Part shown: piece after piece, positions 1 to 12,392 of the stretch
Position numbering within the stretch: the stretch's first letter is position 1
Layout of the letters: the number at the start of each line of letters is the position of its first letter
DNA from: Microthyrium microscopicum
Lineage: Eukaryota
Reading direction: 5' to 3'
DNA length: 64,000 nucleotides
Assembly: GCA_010405405.1 (NCBI GenBank)
Contig: MU004231.1
Location: forward strand, 980,153 to 1,044,152
Notes under the pieces: generated by a model
Database searches by the model: none
The model's input: only the letters and a program-made list of their open reading frames with translations
What the model was told of the DNA's origin: nothing
Made by a program: the position numbers and the translations under genes

Positions 1-792
1 CAAACGCTATGAGCAAATCCTCAATATACTGGCTGGCATGACAGGCTCACAACCCCAGCGACGCATTGAGCGACACGTGATATACCGTCCTATACGCAAT
101 CCTCCAAAGGAAGATAGCAAGAGTTTGAAAGATCAGAGTATTGCGACTAAGAGTCAGAAATTCGACCCGAAAGCAAAGGAGCTATATTACGTGAGACTGG
201 TCAAAAATCTGAAACAAAGCGACTTTGGGACTTCCTCAGAGCCTCTTACGAATGATGACTGGCGATTGGTATTTTGGGATATAATGGATCCAGCTATCAA
301 AGAGGTAATGATGCGGGCGGCGATGGAAACAGAGCTTGAGACAGATGATGTTGAAGCGTATATGACCAATCTGCAGTACAAGTGAGTATTCTTTCTCCAC
401 AAAAGCAGCATAATACTAATTGTACTAGACAACACAACCACCTTATCTTCGATGGACAACAATATGTTTATGGCAACATTGTCTTGCATCTCCACACCTT
501 GCGTCACTTTCTAGATCCCCAGCCTACTGAGCCAACTTCACCGCTTCCAAAACTCGGGGACATTCCACCAGTGGATCCAAATTCATACTTACTCCAAGCA
601 ACTGTTCGAGTCACTGACGGAACCAATACTGATCAAGTGAAACAAGGCATAGCCGAATTGCAAGTGTTACAACAGAGACTGGAAAATATCATTGACCTCT
701 ACGCTCCTGGACGGTTTGACATGCCTAGTAGAATTTGGCCGGCCATTGGACCAGCAAAGGCTCTTGAGAGAGCGGCGATGGCTTCCAAATAG
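1..792 (+). CDS. MED18: Mediator subunit Med18/Srb5 (5'-partial, intron 382-428)
   Basis: ORFs 38-385 and 382-792 join through a GTGAGT...TAG intron. Motifs ILNILAGMTGSQPQ, W.L.F.D..DP and YLLQATVRVTDG...L..L...L...IDL match fungal Med18. Confidence 0.75.
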
Positions 793-1182
793 GATCCTCT
801 TGTATACGCATTTAATTGCAAGCAACGCAATTTATTCACATTCACCACATTCCCACACTCAGCCAATTGTCCCAGAATTGGGTGCCTATTTCAAGCCATT
901 GAAATCCAAAAGGAAGGGATGTTTAGTCTCGAAATACAATTGGTTCGATGGTCCCCAACAGGGAGAGTCCGTGCATGCGACGGGCTAAAAACGCGAGCAA
1001 TGCGAATTGGGAATGCGATGCAACCAATCACCACTGTCAGCCTTGTTTTCAGCCTCATATTCCCTGCTCTTGGCTGACCAGGCAGATACAATTGTCCCAA
1101 GAATCGCAACTACAAATACAAGTCCAGATCTGAAGCTTGAAGTTTAGATTCAGTACAACAGTTCAAACAGTCATCTTCAATC

Positions 1183-2522
1183 ATGCCTGTCAACAAAGTT
1201 CTCATTCTTGGTGGCGGTATTGCTGGTATTGCTTTGGCTATTGCTCTCACCAAATCCAATATACCAGTTGAAATATTCGAGATTCGCGATGAACGTGAGT
1301 AGCTCTTCTTTAATCCATCATATCCGGATTTTCTTCCTATTCAGTTTGTGTATTTCTTAACTTGTAACGACTGTGCTATTACAATCACAGACTTGTGACA
1401 ATACTGACAGTTGAAATAGCTTCAAACATTGGCGGCGCCGTCAATTTGACCCCCAATGCCATGCGCTATCTCGAATATCTCGGAGTATCCTCAAGTCTCA
1501 TGGACACCTGCGAATGTCCCGCCATTGAAATCTTCTCCCTCAGAACTGGCGCCAAACTCGCCGCTCTCTCCTTCGACGACGTCAACGCTTACAAATTCCG
1601 TGCCCGCCGTGTCATCCGCTCTGCACTAATCCACGCTTTGATACAAACACTTGGCGATCTCAACGTCTCGATCCAGTACAACAAGCGAGCCACATCCATT
1701 TCTGAAACCTCGGATTCCGTAACCCTTCAGTTCGCAGACGGTACATCCGCCACGGGCTCCCTACTTGTAGGCGCAGACGGCGTCCATTCCTTCGTCCGCT
1801 CACATATCGACCCCTCCCGTACCGTTACTTACACCGGCGTCGCCAGCGCCTACGCCTTCCTACCCGCATCTTCTATTTCCGCGCGCCTGCCCTTTGTTGC
1901 AACAGCACTATACTCTGGCCGCGCAGGCAGTGTACTCCTCAGCTACACCGATGCCGCACGCACCCAGCTCTATGCCGGCCTCGTAATGGAAGTTCCTGCA
2001 CCAGACTCCGATCTCGGCCGTGAAGGCTGGCGCGCCCACAACAAAGACCGTGAAGCCGTCCGCCGAGACTTGACCACTCGCTTCGCTAGCCCGGCAGTCC
2101 CACAAGTCAGCGAACTCATCGAGAAAGTTGACGAGTGGTGGTTGCGTCCTGTGTATAAGCTGCCGCCGAGTGGAGTCTGGTGGAAGGGTCAGAGTGTGTT
2201 AGTTGGTGATGCGGCGCATGCGATGCCACCGCAGGGTGAGAGTATTGGACTGGCGTTGGAGGATGTTGTGTTGCTGACTAGAGTTTTGGAGAAGCATGGA
2301 GGGACACAGAGCGCGGGCGAGATGTTTGAGGTGTATGATGAGAAGAGGAGAGAAAGGGTGGAGGCTGCATGGGAAGAAGCGAGTTGGCGCTGGGAAAGTG
2401 TCAAGGATAAAGGCGTTGTGGCGACGTGGGCGAGGGAGATTATGACGCCGTGGGTGCTGTGGTTTATGCAGGGGAAGAAGGCGAAGGAGATGATGTATGA
2501 CGTTAGGGAGATTGAGATATAG
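1183..2522 (+). CDS. FAD-dependent monooxygenase (salicylate hydroxylase-like), intron 1295-1419
   Basis: Exon 1 reads MPVNKVLILGGGIAG (GxGxxG). LLVGADGVHS and LVGDAAHAMPPQG motifs are present. Confidence 0.9.
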
Positions 2523-2638
2523 GGGTGATGGTTTGCGGTGTTTGGATAGAGACTTTTGAGCGTTGTAGGTTGGCAATTTTATTCGAGTATCTACCCGGGT
2601 ACTTCGGTACATTGTAGTTCTCCCACTGTACAGAGAGA

Positions 2639-3549
2639 TTACTGCCCAGTCATACCGCCACTCACCGAGATATACTGCCCAGTAATCCATCGACTCTTCT
2701 CATTAACAATCAACAACACCGCATCAGCAATATCATCAGTGGTGCCAATCCTCTCAGCCGCCCGAATGAATCCCATGGCAAAATTCTTCGCTTCTTCGGC
2801 ATGATCACCCTGAATATCTGTATGAACTGGCCCGGGAGCGATCGAGTTGACAGTGATGCCCTTACTTCTGCCAAACTGGAAAACACCCCATCAGCTCTAC
2901 ATTTGACATGGTGGGATGGTAAACTCACTTCTTGTGCCCAGACATAGGTCAAACTATCCAAAGCGGCCTTGCTAGCTCCATAGACTGGCGCAATCGGCAT
3001 ACCCATCTTGCTAGCGGCGGAAGAGATATTGATGATGCGGCCGCCTGGAGGCATATGTGGGATAACTGCTTGGGTCAACAAGATTGGGCCGAGGATGTTG
3101 ACGTTAAGGATTTCGTCGGCGGCTTCTTTGGTTACGTCGAGAGAGGTGTGTACGTTGAGTACGCCAGCGTTGTTGACTGAATGAATCCCAGTTAGTGTGC
3201 GAATAAAATTGGATGGACTTGTTGACTTATGTGTCTCAGTGGGGTATCTCTTACCTAGAATATCGATATGATCGACGTTGAAAGCTTTCAGTGTCTCAGA
3301 AACAAGCCGCTTTGAATCTTCTTCAACGCCAACGCTGGCTTGGACGACTGTGGCTCGACCGCCTGCGTCTTGGATTCTTTTGCCTACAATGGCAGCTCGA
3401 GGGGCTGAAGAGTCAGACACATAGTTTAGTGTGACTGCGGCGCCGTTGCGTGCAAGGGCGTATGCGATGTATGCTCCAATGCCATTCTCACGGCCCGATC
3501 CAGTGACGATGGCGACTTTACCAGCTAGGGAGAGGGTATCGACTGTCAT
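2639..3549 (-). CDS. Short-chain dehydrogenase/reductase (2 introns)
   Basis: KVAIVTGSGRENGIG, VNNAG, NISS, catalytic YGASK, and a C-terminal WITGQYISVSGG in the last exon ending at TAA 2639. Confidence 0.9.
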
Positions 3550-4124
3550 GATTGTGAGTGAAAATAGAAAGAATGCTAGAAACCGATTAATAGGCTTGCT
3601 TAGAGTTGTTGAGTGCGTGAAGTCAGAGAGAGTTGAATCGCCTTATTTATACCTCTCGACAATCGTCCGCCGAGTTAGGGGAAGTAGTGATTTGATATTG
3701 TATGTTAAGGTCAATATTCTTGACACTTACCATTTTGGGAAAATGTGAACGCTCAGTTCAGAATAGTCGTATGGAGAACTTTCATTCCTCCGGCTCGGAT
3801 TCCAGTATGAATCATGCATAACTTCTAGAAGAGGCTCAAGATATCGAATGAAAGCCCTAGGCCCAATTAGGAAAATGATAGAGACGAAAGCAGTTAGATC
3901 AACTCGCTTGGCATGCGTTTTTGCTGATATGACGCAGCATTGCGGCATGAGAAGGATGCCAGCATTGGTAATTGCTAGAAGAGAAGTCCCATTGATCGTC
4001 ATGATCATTCGGTTGGACTGATTTCTAGTACGTGCACAAGCTAGGGAGTGGAGATCAACTGCTTCAGCTAGAACGGCAATCTCTGAGCTTTTTGGAATGC
4101 GAGCTATATCTCATATTCTCCAGC

Positions 4125-5887
4125 TTAGTTGAGTTGAGAACCTATCACCTCTTCTCTAAGCATTTCTGCATCTTCATCCAGGATCTCATTGATCCATATG
4201 ATATCTTTAACCACATCAAGCAGATCGTCCCACTTGATCAAACCCATCTCTCTCATGGTGGCAGATATCTCACTGACGTACCATAATCGACCATTCTTCT
4301 CTGCTAATGCTCCTATCATGAGCACCCACAGATGAAGGTCCATGAATGAGGACCAGTCTACCGCAACCTGGGTAAGAAATTGCGAAAGTCGAAGTTTGCA
4401 TTCGGGGACGCCACTTGGTACCACTCCGTGATGTTTTTTGATCATGGCAATGAACAATATAGAAGTTAGCCGAAGCGCTTCGCGGATTGCTGATCCGGGA
4501 TAATTTGAATATGCCACTGCCGGTTGTATATCCCGGGACATACAAAGAAACCCATGCGCCACAGAATGGAGACGAATGCATATGAATGTCCCGTCCTGCG
4601 AGAGGTTGTTGCTGGTTGCCGAGCTGTTCGCATGTCGAGCCAAACTTGCTAACGAAAACAGATTGTCGCGAATATCAACCAATTCTGGATATTGAGTTTC
4701 CCATTTCTGAACAAATGTCAAAATCCTAGGTGAGTGGTGTAATTCCGGTTCGATACTGGAAATCTGCGGCAGTTCAAAGCGAGGAACAGTGTCCAGGATA
4801 AGAGAACCGGCAACATCGACCCTAGCTTTTGTCAGTGAAGCCTAAGGATTGAGATTGCGGTATGGCAATACCACAAAATAGTTGTCTGCAAGATATGCAA
4901 GCCGAGGAACGATTGCAGACCCCCACGGACTTTGATTATCTTTTGCAGTCCGCTCATGTGAAGCTTCCACCTATCCCAGTTCCCGATGTTCGTCTGGTGT
5001 TGCGTGAGTTGAAAATTTGGAAGACGTTCAATCGCTGACAGAAGCTCACATCAAAACAAGCGAATCCGAGTATTGTACCGACCACGCCATCACTTGCGCT
5101 CTCCTTAGGGTCCTGCCATGAATAAGTTCAATGACACCAGAAACAAGGCTTGTGCAGCAGTCGTTGATGCAGAATACTAACCTGAAGCCGTTGGTTTATT
5201 TCCTGTAGAGATGCAGTGTAATACGTCAGGCATTCGGTTGAATCCTCTATCTTGTAATTGAATCTACGGGAAATCGCGAGAGCAGCTGTCGCGAGAGTGA
5301 GGTTTAAAGCACTACTATCTGACATTCCAATTGTAGTCCATATTTGCAACGTAGGTCTCGCTCGTGGCTCAATAGTATGCCATACTGCTACTGATTAGTT
5401 GCGGGAACAATATTAGCCCACCAGAACCAAGCGTACAATAATCAATCAGCTGGATTGTCCTAGAGTTTGGTTTGACTGGATAGGGTGCTAATGGACTGAA
5501 TCCCCGACCAGTTCCAAGAGGCCTCAGATAGTCTAGAGAGTCAAAGTTGCTGTCTGAGCATTGCATGTATTCAATTTCTTCTATTAACAGGGGTTCTTTG
5601 TCGAGTCTCTGGGCATCTTTCCGAGCTGTTCCCTGCTGTTGCTTTGACTTCAAGTGCAGAGGTGTATCTTCTCTTGAGACCAGGACATCCACTGGAGGAT
5701 CACATTGCGATCGTTTAGCCCGGTCTGCGCTTCTTTTCGCATGTCGCCGGACTTTAAATTGCTTGCTTGGGGTTTTGATCTCGCTCGGACTAGTGATTGT
5801 AATGAAGGAATACTTTGGTGACTTTTTGATTGGTATGTTGGCAACGAATGTGGGCGCAATGTTATTGAAATCTCTAAATGTTGACAT
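4125..5887 (-). CDS. Fungal transcription-factor-like protein without an evident Zn2Cys6 cluster (multi-exon)
   Basis: N-terminal FITITSP...VRRHA motif, middle YYTASLQEINQRL and W.LHM.GL..II..RGG, C-terminal LHLWVL.IGAL...W..L...W. Exon boundaries only partly resolved. Confidence 0.6.
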
Positions 5888-6696
5888 TGTTCAATATACC
5901 TAGAAACATTTAGATCCTGACTGATAGAAGCATTGCCCAAATCAAGTTGTACTAAGAGGTATGAGCTGCTCAGAGCTATGGCCCGATTCAATTTGTAAGC
6001 CGGTGGAGGAGGACACTCAAAGGGGCACTTGGACGTTTGAAACTTGGACCCATCGACGAACTGTTGGCCGCAGATGCACCGCAGTCCTTAATGTCTGTAA
6101 TCCAAACCCTCTTCAAGAATATGACCTCACACGCGATCCCTGAAATCCAGATTTGAAAATTGGGAGGAAGTAACAGGTAGTCTCCCGAGAATAGCGGCTA
6201 GCAAAGGCAAGATCACTCTGTGCTGCCATCAACTACGATGGCTGCCATGATACTTTTTAAACTGAAGGCCGCCTTGACTGCTGTGAATCGATGCGAGATA
6301 TCACTGGGTGATTAGTATCGTCGATGGCTCCCGTAGCACTGGATAAATAGCGAAGCGGGTGGCAGCCATCGTATCAGGGGGCCAAAGCGTGGAAAATAAA
6401 GCTAATCTGAAATGGTGTTAGTTCATTCAATTCGTATGCGCTTGCACGCGGCGGGAGATCTTCCGGAGACCTACGACATGTTGACATCTTGGATTTCATC
6501 AACTTTCTCAACTTTTCCCAACGTTATGCAACCATTTCGCGTTCCATTTCCATAACTTCCGAGTTTCCCATCGCATCATATGGGTCCCATAAGCAACTTT
6601 AAACCCCATAAACAGCTCTAAATCCCATCGGTTTTCGTCCGCCATTGCATAACTCATCAAATCATACATCAACATACATCGACATACACATCCATC

Positions 6697-7986
6697 ATGC
6701 CTGCCTCAAGGGGCGCCATACGCATGAACACCTGGAGCGGCCGAATTATACCGCTTATAGCAATCGCCGCCAACGCATACGTTTTATACGTAATAACAAA
6801 ATCCATCGCAGTCGACTATCTACTGCAGCCAACCCTCAACTATATCCCAAAACGGCGGGCGATTGCCACCGTATTCATCGCACTACAATACATCCTCGCC
6901 ATTCCCACCTTCTCATCATGGCTGCGCTACGCCATCGCCATCCTCACCAATCCTGGTTATACCCCACAAAACCAGAAACCACGACGCCGCGGCTCGTCGC
7001 GCACCCGGAGCTCGTCGCAAAGAAGAAGCAGGAGCGCCAGTCGAACGCGAGACGAGAAAAGAAAGTCTGATGGCAACATGAACATTGACAGACACGCTGT
7101 TCGCGAAGGAACGGATCCGACGCCACCCGGCTTGGAGCACTTTTATCGCAAGCAAGTTTTTACATGCTCAACGGACGGAGTACCATCTTTTTGTGAGAGA
7201 TGCTGGGCTTGGAAGCAAGATCGAGTCCACCATTGCAAAGAACTCAACAGATGCGTCAGCCGGTTTGACCATTATTGTCCTTGGGTTGGTGGTATTGTTG
7301 GCGAAACGAGCCACAAATTCTTCATTCAATTCGCCTTTTACGCTTCGCTCTATTCAGGATTCATCTTCGCTTCTTGTTTATGGGCTGTAGTTCAGTCCAA
7401 AAAAGATTGCCACTCCTCGCCCGTATGTAATAGAGGGTGGCTGAATCCGCACTGGATTGTCGCCATTGCACTCGCAGGAATATTCGGCTTCATGGCATTT
7501 GGAATCACTCTTAAGTTTGGCCATTCCGTGCTCAAAAATCGCACCACAATTGAAGAGCTCGCTATGGGCCACCCAAATTACTGCGTGGCCATACGCATAA
7601 ATCCATCCGAAATACCGCCAGTCTCTAGCGATGGAAAACCAAAGTTCTGGGTCGTCCCTTACCCATTTCGACCACAAACCTCAGGTCCAACGGACCAACA
7701 TAGCAGGCGCAACGAGTTTTTATACGCAATCTTATACCCCAAGCCTGGAAGTCACATTTGGGATCTCGGATGGAACAGGAATTGGCGGGACCTAATGGGA
7801 AATCATGTTATAGATTGGTTCTTGCCAATCAAGCTGAGCCCGTGTTTGGATCACGGAAATTTGTTAAGCGATTACCCGTTAGGAAAGGATTTTGAGGAAT
7901 TGGAGAAAACTTACCTACCGCATAGGTATAAAAACGGTATCAGAAGAATACCACTGGACGAGGGATGGGTGGAAATGACTGCATGA
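6697..7986 (+). CDS. PFA5: DHHC-family palmitoyltransferase, Pfa5 type
   Basis: CERCWAWKQDRVHHC...CVSRFDHYCPWVGG (DHYC variant), TTIE motif and four hydrophobic segments. Confidence 0.85.
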   Translation: MPASRGAIRMNTWSGRIIPLIAIAANAYVLYVITKSIAVDYLLQPTLNYIPKRRAIATVFIALQYILAIPTFSSWLRYAIAILTNPGYTPQNQKPRRRGSSRTRSSSQRRSRSASRTRDEKRKSDGNMNIDRHAVREGTDPTPPGLEHFYRKQVFTCSTDGVPSFCERCWAWKQDRVHHCKELNRCVSRFDHYCPWVGGIVGETSHKFFIQFAFYASLYSGFIFASCLWAVVQSKKDCHSSPVCNRGWLNPHWIVAIALAGIFGFMAFGITLKFGHSVLKNRTTIEELAMGHPNYCVAIRINPSEIPPVSSDGKPKFWVVPYPFRPQTSGPTDQHSRRNEFLYAILYPKPGSHIWDLGWNRNWRDLMGNHVIDWFLPIKLSPCLDHGNLLSDYPLGKDFEELEKTYLPHRYKNGIRRIPLDEGWVEMTA

Positions 7987-8114
7987 AATAATGATGATGA
8001 CTGTATATATATTCTTAACCCGTAGATACCCCAATACCCCTAGATAAGTAACTTGAATAGAGCCCAAAGTGGCATTGAATCCTCACAATTGGGTATATTT
8101 ACTACATGTTTAGT

Positions 8115-8976
8115 CTATTCTTTAGCACCGTGGACAAACAGTCGCTTTGAAAGATCTGTCTGAGCCTTTTCAGCAACGGCGGGCGGGCCAGTCTTGCCTC
8201 CAAAGACCAGCTGAGCTTTCAAGCTCCATTCGAGCGGCACATTCCAACGATCAGCTACCTTTGCATCCACGATAGGATTGTACTCAACGGTCTTTAGCCT
8301 CTAGTTCACATGCTGGGGACTGGAATGGAGAACATACATGTTGTAGGTTGGCACCAAATCCTTCAGCTTCAAGGCCAGTCCACAGAGCGAACTGGTGCAT
8401 GGCAGAAGTATGTTCGCTCCATACGGGAAACTTGTCGGCATAGAGAGCGAATTGAGAAACCAATTTGTTGACAGGTTCAGGATCTTCGTAAAACAGAATC
8501 TGAGTCTCGCGTTAGCAAGCGGCACCATGGTATTCGAGAGGGGTACTGGAACTTACACTTCCATATGCTCCCTTGAAACCGGCGATTCTGCCTTTTGTGC
8601 TCTCAAACTTATCAGCAGGAGTGACACCTTCCAGAGCTTCGAGGACAATGTCCCAGAATTCATCGTGGTCTTTCCCAAGAAGAACAAGTAGACGGGCTGA
8701 TTGTGAGTTGAAGGATGAAGGCACGTTAAGCACAGCCTCTTTTAGGATTTCCTGGATTCGAGTGTCGCTAACTGGAGCATCCTTGTTAAGGGCGTAGTAA
8801 GTGCGGCGATTGCGGACGGCATCAAGGAAAGAAAGTTTTTCAGCCATGGCGGGTTTTGATTGAGACAGAGAGGGTGATGTAGAGAAGAATGCTTTTCGCG
8901 AAGTCGACGTAAGGACTTTAGGTGATGAATGACGAAGTAGAGAAGAAAGTTGGAGTCGAAAGGCAGAGAATGACAT
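8115..8976 (-). CDS. Nitroreductase, Hbn1/Frm2 family (alternative starts at 8847 and 9099 possible)
   Basis: RRTYYAL, VPSSFNSQSARL, FKGAYG and C-terminal W.LKAQLVFG motifs; GT-AG introns; stop TAG at 8115. Confidence 0.85.
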
Positions 8977-9361
8977 CTTTATATCTTGTAGCTGATGGGC
9001 AGGAGCTATAGTCGAATAGGAGCTAGATAAAATGACGGCAGCCAGCGCGATAATGGCGATCGATAAATAAGAGGATATCAACGGTATCATCGGAAACATG
9101 CATAAGAGCTTGATCCTTGAAAACTGCGGTGATAGTGGTAGAAATTGCCATGCGACAATTGCTTCCTAATATTTTTCTTCTTCGAAAGTAAGAAGTATCG
9201 AATTGGAGTAGAGATTGTAACGCCGATCGATTGGTCAGCCTTGCATGAGCTTAATTACTAGCTTCCGGGACCCTGGATTGGGCACACGTGCGGCTCACGA
9301 AATGGACCCGATCCGGTGGATTTCCAACTCGTGTGTGCGGAACCTCTTCCGTGACCCCTCG

Positions 9362-9377
9362 ACGCGTTCCGACGCGT
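9362..9377. promoter_or_regulatory. Tandem MCB (MluI cell-cycle box) elements ACGCGT x2
   Basis: gACGCGTtccgACGCGTc lies about 95-110 bp upstream of the thymidylate synthase ATG. MBF/MCB control of thymidylate synthase is established in yeasts. Confidence 0.7.
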
Positions 9378-9469
9378 CTTTCCCAATTTCATTTGACTTC
9401 CTTACCATTGCCAAAAACCACCATCATACAATAAGTCGTACAACGAACAAAGCAATTCGAGCTTTGAGC

Positions 9470-10518
9470 ATGGCCACGGACACCGGAAACCCAAGTACCT
9501 CTAATGGAACCTCTGCGCGGCATGAAGAGTACCAATATCTTGACTTGATTCGTGAGATCTTGGATGAGGGCGAACTTCGACCTGATCGGTAAGTCACCGT
9601 ACTGTATCTTCAGACTAAAGCGTTGCAAAAGATCTAATCAACCTTAGAACTGGTACAGGAACCTGCGCCATCTTCGCTCCTCGACCTCTTAAATTTCGCC
9701 TTAACCAGGACGGCACTCCCATTCTCCCTCTCCTCACAACCAAACGCGTCTTTCTTCGAGCCGTCATAGCCGAACTTCTCTGGTTCATTGAAGGCAACAC
9801 ATCATCACTTGCCCTCAGCGAAGCCGGCGTGAAGATATGGGACGGCAACGGCTCCCGTGAATTTCTTGACAATGCTGGTCTATCACATCGTGAGGTTGGC
9901 GATCTAGGTCCAGTGTACGGCTTTCAATGGCGGCACTTTGGCGCGAAATATGTCGACGCGAAAACAGACTATACTGGTCAAGGCGTTGATCAGCTTGCCG
10001 AAGTTATACACAAACTACGAACAAATCCTTATGATCGTAGGATTATCTTGTCGGCATGGAATCCAGCAGATCTGAAGATTATGGCGTTACCTCCGTGTCA
10101 TATGTTCGCACAATTTTACGTTTCATATCCACGAGGTTCGACGTCAACGGCAGATGCCAGTGGAGTTACCAATGGAGACAAGCCAAAAGGACATCTGCAT
10201 TGCCAGCTATACCAGAGATCCTGCGATATGGGTCTTGGTGTACCCTTCAACATCGCGAGCTATGCCTTATTGACACACATGATTGCCCACGTATGCGACT
10301 TGATACCTGGTAGCCTGACACACGTTATGGGTGATGCGCATATCTACGTGGATCACATTGATGCGCTCAAGATTCAGCTAGAGCGCGAGCCACGGGACTT
10401 TCCAAAGCTAGAGATAAATCGCGAATTGGGCGGCAGTATCGATGGCTGGAAGGCAGAAGAGTTTGTTATCAAGGGTTATGATCCGCATAAAACTATTCCG
10501 ATGAAAATGTCTGTATAA
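9470..10518 (+). CDS. CDC21: Thymidylate synthase (intron 9589-9647)
   Basis: [32 protein letters not shown], catalytic [25 protein letters not shown]. Confidence 0.97.
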
Positions 10519-11086
10519 GTATGTATCCTGACCAAACGAGATCTTAGCAAACCTTACATCTTCATCATAGATACTCTTTGCCAAAAATCTTCAAGCAAGC
10601 ATTATTTCTTCATTATAGTGTCGTGTGGTGTGTGTAATATAGTTCGCGTCAACATTATGTTCTTCCTTATCACATCCCCGTCCTGTCCCTCTTCCGTAAT
10701 CCGCATGTCACCTTAAGTCCTCCCATACTGTCCTTGGGCGCCTTGTGGCTGACCAGAGAATGGCTCATTTGGGCCAGCCTGATACTGAGGCGGAGCAGTT
10801 TGACAATAATCTAAGAACAACAGAATCGCAAACTCTAGCGCCACTGAGCATACCATTTCATAGCAGACAAATGATTCCTTGAAAAATTCAAATAGTCTCA
10901 AAAATATGATGCTATTTCTGACCAGTTGTAAGTTTTGGACTATGATATTTGTAACAATATCGATTTAAGAATTAGCCTCTGTAAAGAATTCTTGTCTCGT
11001 CTCCTACATCCACAGATTTTTCCGCATACGAGTAAGTGGCATCGACGAGTACGGCTTTCTCGTAAACATAGCATTGTCGTTCCCGT

Positions 11087-11436
11087 TTAGACCGTGGTTG
11101 CAGCTGGAGCAGCTCCGGTCTTCCCTTTCTTTGGATGTTCTTGTTTATGCTGCTTTCTCCGGCCTTTGCTTCCATTACCACCCGAAGGACTGGCAGCTGG
11201 AACTGGAGCTGGAGCAGAACTAGGAGCGTCACTGGCTTCCTGTCTCTTGACTAAACCCGAGCCACTTCCATTCGCCCAGTCTTGTTCACGAATGGCTGCA
11301 TCAGATGTAGCTGTGTTTATAGGAAGTGCAAATGAGGGAGAGCTGTGAGTTGGTTTAGTTGAAATGCTTTTCAACCAAGCATATTAACTCACATGAGAGC
11401 TAGAACAGCCAGTGCTAGAATGTTGTTGAGATACAT
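11087..11436 (-). CDS. Small secreted protein (about 100 aa) with Kex2 site; intron 11343-11392
   Basis: Spliced product MYLNNILALAVLALISPSFA-LP (signal peptide), then LVKR, an Ala/Pro/Ser linker and a basic tail. Confidence 0.7.
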
Positions 11437-12392
11437 GGCTTGATGCATGAAATTATGATTTCTGATGAGTAGAGTATAATAAAAGCTTTGAGTTTAAAGA
11501 GATTGGTATCGTGAGAGGATGGATCCTTCCAAGATACATACCTGTCAAGAAATGATTTAGTATGGGATAAACATCTCTCTAGATTTTCCAAATTAGCCGT
11601 TCACGAAGCCCGTTTTTGACTGCACACAACGGGTAAATTCATCTATTTCTTTACCACGATGATCCTGTTCATTATTTTCTGACAGGTCAAAGTCGTAATA
11701 TTAAGTTGAAATATACTTTATAACTGCAAACATCCATGCATGATAAACCTTTGATTGGATATAGTGATGTTTGGTCCCAAGCAGGGTGATACCGGTACTA
11801 GGTACTGATATGATCCACAGTCCCGTTCGAATAGCAGTTAAATAGCCTAAGGTTTGTAGATCTCAAACACCAGATCAGGTATTCATCATTTAGTACTAAC
11901 AAGTAGTAGCCATAAATAGTTTCAGGTTAGTAGAACATACGCCACAAAGGTACAATCGAACGCAGACCCTGTTTATCGATTCAAACACCCTGCCAAGGTA
12001 CGTCGAATAAATCTAACCAACTAAATAATCAAGATTATTCGGACCAATATCTTCAGAACTATCTTCGCAGTCCAAACTGGAGTGTTTACCTGAAGATCTG
12101 GGCGATCTGGGATGGCGATTGGTCAGAAAACTGGAGATATGCGAGCAGCGCTTCAAGCAACGCCTGATGACGACACGATCACAGCCACAGCCAAGTTCCA
12201 ACTTGGTTTGATTCCCTAGCAGAATGGTTCGTCATAATGAATTAATTCTGGGGTTAGATAGAGCGGGGAACTATGAAATACTTCTTATCGTGGCCTCAAA
12301 AAGATCTAAACATTACATTTGTTGCACAACACAACACAAGTTCACGTTCAGTATCTGGATCGACGCCACCAATTGAAGTCTACCAATCAATC

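Noticed and set aside
10713..10901. Minus-strand ORF ending in a Gln/Gly/Pro-rich stretch
   Set aside because: No convincing start or upstream exon could be linked to it.
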